Source: Eledone cirrhosa (Eukaryota). Taken from it: a DNA stretch of 64,000 nucleotides. Positions 54,906 through 64,000 of the stretch are shown here, piece by piece. The stretch lies in the NCBI GenBank assembly GCA_964016885.1, contig OZ024742.1, positions 259,284,001-259,348,000 on the forward strand. Direction: 5' to 3'. The number at the start of each line of letters is the position of its first letter. The first letter of the stretch is position 1. Position numbers and translations under genes: made by a program. Below the pieces are notes generated by a model. That model did not search any database. It was not told the origin of the DNA and was given only the letters and a program-made list of their open reading frames with translations.

Positions 54906-57900
54906 TCCTCCAGGAGTATATTTAACAGTACTAGCTTAGAATGAGGCCAGTACGAATAGATAGAATCCCACAACGTGTACCTCTGGATGGAGTTTCCTAC
55001 ATAAACATTTCTGTTGAGGGTAGGCAGCCTTCATGTTACCACTGTTTAAGCAGTGGTCACCTGAGGGCTTCCTCTCCTCAATTAACTGCGATAAAAAAAG
55101 GCACTACTGCCGACACCCAACACAACAAAACCACCACCACCACCACCACCACCACAACAACAACAACAACACACAAAAATAACCAAAACAAACCAAACCG
55201 CAAACACAGTCCCACCAACCCCTCCCCACCTAAAACAGCTCCAAAACACCCACAAGCACAACAGCTCTCCAAAACGAACCACTCCCCAATCACAGAGACA
55301 CCACAACGGACGAGGCACCCTCATTATCACTCAGTTATGATGAGGGAGAACCCCTCCGCTCCAAAAGGAAAAAAAAGACATAACACGAACAAAAAGGCAA
55401 CAAACATACAACCACCAACACAAACGACACAAACATTACAAACAAAAATCCCCCCTCCCGAAAACAAAACAACGGCAACACTCCAAACACAAACACCTAC
55501 ACCAAAACGAAAACACACACAAGAACAACAGACAAAAACCAACACAACACAACAAAAACATTACACATACATAAACAGTGAAAACAAAACCTTAATGTAG
55601 GTCATCTCCAACGACCCTTCGGTGAAAACCGAAGAGGAAACTTTTTCGAGCTGTGTAGACAGACCCAATTTAAAGAGGATTAGGGTCTCTACGGATACCT
55701 ATAAGTCTTTAAAGAAAAACTTTCCTAAGGGCGTGGGTAATCCTTACGTTAAACCCATTAACCGCGTCCTTTTAAAATGTTTCCTCACCCCCACCCCAGA
55801 CACCCCCACCACAGACACCCCCCATCCCACCAGACACCCCATCCACACCAAACATCTCTGTCCCCAACCCGCCAGAAACCACCACCCCACCAAACAACCC
55901 CTCCAACACCCCCATGGAAATTGTGCAGCCTGGTCCCCAGGAGACGAAGAGGTGAGTGATTTCTTTTCCTCTTCTTTTAACTTTTCAGCACCAACATGGC
56001 CAATATATGAGTTGGGTGTGTGAATGTACGCGGCCTGCGGATGCCCTGGAAAAATGGCAAACTCTTAAACGACCTCAGGTCGCACAGTATGGATGTAGTA
56101 GCCATTTGCGAGTCCAGGATCCACAGCGAGCGACAACTGCTGCCCCCGGATGGGGCATATGCGGCCACCAGCCTGAGGCTCCACCTTAACTACCGTCAAC
56201 GTCTAGGACCTCGTAACACAGACGGTACATCTGGACCCGGAGGGTCGACTGGTGGTTCTAGACGTTGACGGTAGTTAAGGTGGAGCCTTCAGGCAGGTGG
56301 CCGCATATGCCCCATCCGGAACACCGCGGCCAGACTTTTTCAAACGTTTAGAGACTTTTCTGGGAACGTCCCGCTCCCTGCTGTTAGTGGAGGACTAGAA
56401 TGGAATCCTAGATGCACGTTGGGACTATGTGGGAGCATGTCCAAATAGAGGGGGGTTTAACAGCCTCAAACAGTTAATCGGCCGATTTCAACTGGTCGAT
56501 AGATATCGACTAGATTTTCCAACTGTGCCACTGTGGACGTGGACCAACCATATCGGAACATCTAGATCGTACCGAGATAGGTTTCTAGTTGGAGTTAGTG
56601 ATAGGCACATGTTAAGCTGTCCACAAATGTTCATGGTTGCCTATTCAGATCACAAACTAGTGACCTTCTTAGTCAACCTTGATAGAACTCATAGACAGGA
56701 ACCCGGCTACTGGAAGCTGAACTTGTCGTTACCGACATGCAAAGCCTACAGTAGGCGGATTAGCACTTTAGTTAAGCAGCACTTGAGGGGGGGGGCATTG
56801 TAAACAACAGATGGTGGTACTCTCTCAAGAGGGCAGTCAGATTAGACTCGATAGGTTTTAGTAAAGAATTAGTGTTAGATAGAAATAAGACCGAAAAGGA
56901 ACTGGTAGATAAAGTAGAATAGGCACTTAGGAGTGGCAACATAGCCAGCGTGCTAACGACGGGAGCGGCATTGGACCAGTTCTTCTACGCGAAGCACGAA
57001 GGCTGCGTTGTCAGGAGCAAAATACTCTTCTCTGGGAAACGAGGGAGCCAAAGCTGTTAGGCGGGCCCGAGGGACAGAGGCGAAACGTGGCAATAAGTCC
57101 ACGATTCGGTCTTTGAGGGACCAAGACGGACGCGTGATACGTGAGCCGAAGCAGATGTGCGCGGCCTTTCAGCAGCACTTTGCTCAACTGTTTGGGCAGG
57201 GCGGTGGGACGGGAGGGGCTATGGAATTCAGTCCATACCTCGACGGCCTTCCGCGACTCTCAGACGGCGAGGCGAAGTTCTGCAAAAGGCCGATTTTGGC
57301 CTCTGAGTTAGGGGACGTGCTGAGCCAATGCTGCAAACGCAAATCTCCAGTCTCGATGGTTTACCCTACGAATTTTACGTAGCGGTCTACTGCAACTGGC
57401 AGAAGAACGAGAGAATTGCCAGTTCTGTGACCAAGGGCGTAATCACGTTAGTCAGGAAGGACGAGAATAAGGGGGATGACATAGGCAACTTCCGGCCCAT
57501 AACTCTGCTAAACACAGAGTTGCAGATTTTGGCCAAGGGGTTGGCAAAGGGGCTGACGCTTGTCGAAGACCTGGTGGGAGAAGCGCAGACATGAGCAATC
57601 CCGACCAGGTCCATACACAACAACCTCCACCTCATGCGATACATCATAGGGAGAGTAGGGTGTAAATCCGGCTTCGATGGGGCCCTTATCAACTTGGATC
57701 AGTCTAAGGCTTTCTATAGGGTTGACCATCGTACCTGGATGCGGTGCTCGAGGCGGCAGGCTTCGGACCCGGGTTCAGGGGCTGGATTACTGCAATGCAC
57801 AGCAGCACTATCTACTCAAGGGTATTCGGAGCCGTTCCATATCACGCGGTCCATCTGACAGGGATGCGCTCTCTCCTCCCTTCTGTATGTACTGACTCTC

Positions 57901-59543
57901 GAGCCACTACTGTGGAAGTTGGAGCTATTGCAGGGCATCCCTTTGGAACCGGGACTGTGAAAAGCGGCGTCGGCCTTCACCGACGACGTGACAGTGATGG
58001 TGTCGAGCACCTCGCAAATCGGGGAGGTCGGTACCTTACTGAAGGAATACGAAAGGTTCACAGGAGCGAAGCTGAACCGGGACAATTCCGTCGGTGTGCA
58101 ACTTGGAACGTGGAGAGGCAAACCGATGCCTTCCGATGGCGTCGTCGGACGCTGGACGGAAGGACCGGTAAAGCTGCTCGGGGTCTGGTTTGGTCCAGAC
58201 CTCCAGGTGAAGAAGAACTGGAACGAGGTGACGGCCAAGGTGTTTGCGCTCACCCGGAAGTGGGTCGAGTACAAACTATCCTTGAAAGGTCGAGCGGAGG
58301 TGGTGAACACTTTTATAGCGTCCGTCATCTACTACCGCTTGACCGTTGTGCCTTGTCCAGCCAAAACGGTCACCAAAATGGAGCACGCGCTCTTCCAATT
58401 CCTTTGAAAGAAACGGGCTCCTTTGGTGAGAAGATCCATCTGCTGCCAACACCCTTCAAAACGGAGGGCTGGGGATGCCGTGGCTGACGAAGCGCAAACA
58501 CGCGCTCAAGCTATGGCACCTCCACGTATTGCTCACGGACAACCGGTGTGGGCCCCGTTCGTGAGGCGAGTCCTCACACGAGTCGTCTCGCTGACCGAGC
58601 TGCAGTCCTGGGGCAAGCAAAGACCTAGGAAAATGGGCGACTGGCACATCGAATGTGCTCAGGCGCTCACAGTCCTTTGGCAAACGGACCCGGCGATCAG
58701 TGGAGACTCCACTTCGTCATTCCATAGAGGGTGGTCCGCAGCAAGTGCGACGACGCGCTCGCAGAAATTCTAGGCGTAGAGGAAGACGAACTGGCCAGTC
58801 TGTTCGGTAGGACCCTCCACCCGGGACCGATGGACAACTTCCAAAAGTCCCTGGCATGGCAGTGCTACCGAGGAGCTCTACCAGTTCGAGACAAGCTCTA
58901 CAGACACCGGCGCCCGGGCAGGGACTCTTCGAAAAAGATCTGTCCGAAATGCGTGCGCGACGAGGAACCGTCGCGCACGCATTTGTACACTGACCGGTAG
59001 TTTCAGACCTGTGGGGCTATGTAGAACGACTATTGTCGCGGGTGGGACCAATCCAGTTGACCACCGAGTCCATTGTCATGATCAAACCGCCACCCTCCTT
59101 CAAAAACGAGGGAGAGGCGGTTTTCCTATGTGTTATGGCTATGGTGAAAGAGGTTATCCGGCGAACAACTGATTCGTTTTTTCAAATATCATTTTGGAAG
59201 AAGAATCAGGATGGAGAGAGAGGTGATGTACCCCAGCAAATTGTATAAAAGGTGGGTGAATGTGGCAAAGATGGCCCGATTTGTTGGGCCTTCTCTCTAT
59301 ATAAGCCTGTAGGTTGAGGGAAAAAAGGAAGAGAGGAAGGGAGTACTCACTCTTGGTGCTACTGGAGATGAGGGTTGTACATTTTTTCGACGTGTGTACA
59401 ACCCCTGTGTAACGCCTCCCCCCATAGAGGATTTCAATTGTTATTTGTTATTTTATTAATAGTTTTATTTTCTTATACCTGTATGTAAACTCCCCATTTC
59501 TATTTGTCCCCTTCTTTTTTGCCCTTGTGGCTAATAAAGAAAT
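54906..59543 (+). mobile_element. Second Tx1-clade LINE (related but distinct family), 5'-truncated in ORF1, next to TC-rich sequence
   Basis: ORF1 remnant VEGRQPSCYHCLSSGH; ORF2 from ATG 55996; 3' end CCCTTGTGGCTAATAAAGAAAT; (CT)n downstream. Confidence 0.9.
55996..59311 (+). pseudogene. Tx1 ORF2 (APE-RT), heavily disrupted
   Basis: NVRGL, YSDH, YWKLN, NFRPITLLN, LDQSKAF, SAFTDDV, KLLGVWFG, CPKC; colinear with 28331-31618. Confidence 0.9.
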
Positions 59544-59553
59544 GTATCTCTGA

Positions 59554-59593
<40 letters not shown>

Positions 59594-59745
59594 ACCTCTT
59601 CGTCCTTTGTATATATTTCTTATTTAAGTGCATTAGTTATTTCTCCCAGTCTATCATAGTTTACCAGGTTCTACATGGATGTTTAATGCAGTTAAATTAT
59701 CAAATGACTAGGTTTGGGAAGGCATTATATTATTTAACTAGTGAT

Positions 59746-59937
59746 TGGCGGTGGATTGGCAGTATTGGTAGAGGGTCGGACGCCATGCTTTGACGCATAG
59801 AGTTACGGCCCTTGCCATTCTGAGTTCAAATCCCGCCGAGGTTAACTTTGCCTTTCATCCTTACGGGGTCGATAAAATAAAGTACCAGTAATACACTGGG
59901 TATTTGCTGGCCTTGTGCCTAACGTAGAAAAAATTAT
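59746..59937 (+). mobile_element. tRNA-derived SINE with probable TSD (ATTATATTATTTAACTAG on both sides)
   Basis: Family consensus; flanking direct repeat at ~59724 and ~59933. Confidence 0.9.
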
Positions 59938-60390
59938 ATTATTTAACTAGGGAATTGAATAAAATTCTGTCTTGTCAGCCACAGGACACCACATGTCAGA
60001 AGCACAAGACAAGACTTTTTATTTGCAGCACTGCTGTCCAACATGTTTAAAGGTATACCTATCTGCTACGAAGCTGAAAATCCATTTTAGTGGATCTTTT
60101 CAGATTCCATGCCACGTGTTACAGCAGAACTTCTAGACACATGTGTGGCTCATTAGTTATCTAAGGGACAAATGTGTCTGATACAGACTAATGATTGTGA
60201 TAAGAATGTGGTCTACTCTTATTCAGGTCGACGAAAAGTACAGTACGGGTAAGATGATAAAGAGAAGCCCCCCCCCCCCGTTCCTCATTATCCGGCTTTA
60301 TCTCCAAATTCACAGCCACCTTTGTATTGAAGCGGCTTCCAAAACGTATCTATTTTTCATAGGCTACAGAACCGGAAGCGTACTGTTACC

Positions 60391-62071
60391 CACCGTGTAA
60401 CAAAAAAAAATGTTTCCCTGTTCCTGGCTTGTAATCACTTTTTTTGTGTTGCTTAGGTCACAAATAAATTTAAAAAAGTGCTATTAAACAATTAAAAGTT
60501 TGGGTTTGTAAAAATTCTAAGCTATTCACTAGAATTATTTGTATGCTGGATTTTACGTTGTATGTAATTTAATTTGCTTATGTTAAATTATTTTTTTATA
60601 TATGTTTCAGGTTAAATTAAAATTATAAAATAAAGAGTAATACCTAAAGAAAATTATAAAAGTGCAATAAAGTATAAAATTGTTAAAAAGTGGATTAAGG
60701 GATTTATTGATACTGGATTTTAGCACCCTGAATAAAGGGTAAGTTGTGTTTTAAGCATTCGTCTCCAGGATGAAGCAGTGGAACTTGGTCAAGGAGGAAG
60801 TGCAGGTGACAAGTCAGAGAAGTCGAGACGAACATTTCTCAGGCTTTTACACTTTTAGGGATGGCCTCTGCTTCTGCCATGACGTGCCTGGACTATTTGA
60901 CGTTATTGGGGTGCCGTTTGCACAGCTCCACCACAAGTTTGAAGGCTGTCCTCCTCCACAATGGAAACAAGTTCCCGACACTGCCCCTAGCTCATTCAGT
61001 CTGCCTGAAGGAAGATTACTACAGTGTGAACGTCCTCTTGGAAGCTCTGCAATACAACCAGTACAATTGGGAAATCATTGGAGACTTCAAGATGGTGGCT
61101 TTCCTGCTTGGACTCCAAGGAGGCTTTATCAAATTCCAATGCTTCCTCTGCCTTTGGGACAGCAGAGCCACCTCTGACCACTACAAAAGAAATCGTAGTT
61201 GGGACCCGGTTCGTCATGTGGGAGCCACTGGTTGATCCCAGGATTGTGCTCATGCCGCCACTGCACAGTAAGTTGGGGTTGATGAAGCAGTTTGTGAAGG
61301 CTCTCAACCAAGAATCAGCCACTTTTAAGTACCTTCTTGAGTTCTTCCCCAAGTTATCTGAGGCCAAAATCATGGGTGGAATTTTTGTTGGACCTCAGAT
61401 AAAGAAGGCGTTTGAGTATACCGAGTTCTCCAATAAGCTCAATAGGATTGAGAGAACAGCATGGAATGTTTCAAGGCAGTTGTTAAGGGTTTCCTGGGCA
61501 ACTACAGAGCTGAAAACTGCAACTGGTGCAGGATCTGATAAAGGCTTTTGGCGCCATGGGATGCAGGATGTCGCTTAAACTCCATATACTGGACACTCAC
61601 CTGGAAATATTCAAGGACAATATGGGTGTCTGCACAGAAGAGCAAGGCAAACGATTCCACCAAGATGTGAAAGAGATAGAGCGGAGGTACCAGGGCCACT
61701 ACAATGAAAACATGATGGGGGACTATATCTGTGGGAATGCGACCTGGACTACAACCGCAAATCCAGGAAATCCAGTCATTTCTGACGTGTATAAGTTGCT
61801 TTATAAGTGTTATTTGTTTTTACTTGTTTGCGTTTGATAAGCTTGTGTAATAAAATAAATATATACTCTGTTGATTTAATTAGATGAACTGATAATTTTT
61901 TTTTAAATGTGTTTTTTCTTGAAAAATATGAAAATTTCGAAATAACAAACTCCTGACTGACCACAAACCCAAACTTCTGATTAAATAATAGTGGGTTTTT
62001 TTATAATAATAGGATATAACAAACCAGGAAATGACACTTAGAACCGGGGAACAAAAATATGTTACACTGTG
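60391..62071 (+). mobile_element. Chapaev3-like (CMC) DNA transposon, internally deleted
   Basis: TIRs CACCGTGTAACA.../...TGTTACACTGTG with a subterminal TTCCTGG match; transposase remnant inside. Confidence 0.8.
60770..61790 (+). pseudogene. Chapaev3-type transposase, frameshifted
   Basis: SLKAVLLHNGN, GDFKMVAFLLGLQGG...CFLCLWDSRA, MPPLHxKLGLMKQFVKAL, GIFVGPQI, MSLKLHILDTHL, EEQGKRFHQD, MMGDY. Confidence 0.85.
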
Positions 62072-62878
62072 TTATTGTAAATATTTTTGTAAGATCGGGA
62101 TATACACGTTTCGGACTTGTTATGGTTTGTCGGAAAAGCATAAACTTTATTGTATTTTGCGAAGTAGTGATGGACGAATCAAGTCAATATAGAATAATTA
62201 AAATATTTGGAATAGAATAATAGAATTCTTGGCTTAGAGAATAAATAAGTCAGACATGCCAAAAACGTGCAAAGCGACAGCTAAGTTGTGACATTTTTTG
62301 ATTAGAAGAGTATTTATTTTACGTCTAACTAGAAACACACTTTAGGCGTTAGAATAAATTTGCAACTGTGGAATGAATTGTTACATTTGTATGAATAAGT
62401 ATTCATTGCTTCCAGCATATATCGCAAAATCTTTGTTGTGAGGGATGGTAATCTGTTAGTAGGGTTTCAAGTAATCATTAAATTAAGCTTTGTTTTGAAA
62501 ATATCTACAACACTACGTATATATAGAGCAAAGTTGCACACGGAAAAAAAATATGTAGGACGAATGAACAAAAGCATACAAGTTCCTAATTAACAGCCCC
62601 TCGGGAAATGCAGTTTTGTGCATAAATGTGGTAGTGCATGGTATTCAGTGCACATTGCACAATGGCTCTGAACAAACCACGGGAAAGTTGTATGGGAGAC
62701 ATAACATCAACACACAGACGAAAGAACAAGTGAGTGTCTGTCGAAGAGGAGAGAAAGACTAGTTAGTAATCAAATATTGAGAAAAACACTTACGCCTGGA
62801 AAAATGCCAGATCACGGTGGAGACAAATTTTGCAAATGTTAACGCCAGAAGAGGGGATATAAATATATATATACATAT

Positions 62879-63481
62879 ATATAATTGAATAAACAAGACA
62901 GATGAACACTAATATAAACATACATGTGTTCGAATCGTATGGACCAAATAATTGTTAGAGATTACCCTGCGTTCTTAACTCGTTATATATTTGTCGGCTC
63001 CATCATGTAGAGCTAATTTTTATTGTCCTGTCAGCTAGGCTGCTATTTTTAGCGGCAGGGAATTTCGAGCCAAGCTGGGTTCCGAATGACACGTGCAATA
63101 ATTCATACCGTACACAATTCATTCTCTAATATTTTTAGAAGTGAAAAGATCACTAATTTCTCAACAACTACTGAGGAGCAGAGAAACGTGAGAACTTCAC
63201 TTAATAAGTCGTTAGTTGTTACCAGCCATTTTTGCCCAATATAGGTCTGTTATTTTTCTTAATTTTTCTTAATTTAATATTTAAAGTTAAGGATAACAAA
63301 CTATATTGGTGTAGTCAGTATTTTTTCACCCTAGCAAATTTGGTCCTTACGATTCGAACACATGTATGTTTATATTTGTGTTCATCTCTCTTGTTTATTC
63401 AATTATATTGTACGGCTCGGAAAACCTTTTTTCTTAGAGCTATTTAATTGTAAGAGACTACCCTGAGTCCTTAACTCATTA

Positions 63482-63485
<4 letters not shown>
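62879..63485. mobile_element. Third terminally redundant monomer (496 nt) with inverted 5' extension and degenerate hammerhead
   Basis: 62879-62949 is the reverse complement of 63338-63408. TAATTGT.AGAGA.TACCCTG.GT.CTTAACTC at 62949 and 63445. AACAACTA-CTGAGGA...GTC..TAGTTGTT at 63163-63220. Confidence 0.7.
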
Positions 63486-63550
<65 letters not shown>

Positions 63551-63573
63551 TTGTGTGTGTGTATATATGTATG

Positions 63574-63633
<60 letters not shown>

Positions 63634-63643
63634 GGTTTGTATG

Positions 63644-63688
<45 letters not shown>

Positions 63689-63709
63689 CTGTGTGTTTGT
63701 ATGTATATG

Positions 63710-63744
<35 letters not shown>

Positions 63745-63767
63745 GTGTGTGTGTATGTATGTGTATG

Positions 63768-63807
<40 letters not shown>

Positions 63808-63828
63808 TGTGTGTATGTATATGTATAT

Positions 63829-63872
<44 letters not shown>

Positions 63873-63933
63873 ATGTTTGTATATGTTTATATATATGTGT
63901 GTGTGTGTGTATGTATATAGATATGTATATTAT

Positions 63934-64000
63934 GTCGGGTCACTCTTGAGTGCTACTGGTAACATGTAACCCAGTACAACCTGTCGTATACTCGGGTCGT
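63934..64000 (+). mobile_element. 5' end of another bipartite RTE-derived element (runs off the window)
   Basis: GTGCTACTGGTAACATGTA.CCCAGTACAACCTGTCG shared with 24257 and 36648. Confidence 0.8.

Overview
AT-rich, microsatellite-dense eukaryotic DNA with no intact host gene. The repeat repertoire suggests an octopus/cephalopod intron or intergenic region (inference). Almost all ORFs in the track are microsatellite artefacts. Supported features: two degraded Tx1-clade (L1-group) LINEs, one full-length in (ATT)n and one 5'-truncated beside (TC)n; RTE LINE fragments; five copies of a ~610-bp bipartite non-autonomous RTE with an HDV-like ribozyme candidate at its 5' end; about 20 copies of a tRNA-derived SINE whose 3' tail resembles the Tx1 3' end; CORE-type SINEs; a non-autonomous Helitron; a Chapaev3-type DNA transposon; and Penelope-like GIY-YIG remnants. 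The most interesting signal is a set of non-coding fold-back elements inserted in (TA)n. Several carry type I hammerhead ribozyme motifs, and three are terminally redundant or circularly permuted 420-500-nt monomers. These look like Penelope-mobilised retrozyme (circular RNA) families. There is also a strong recursive-splice-site/RS-exon-like motif at 32.7 kb. All folds and alignments were done by eye.
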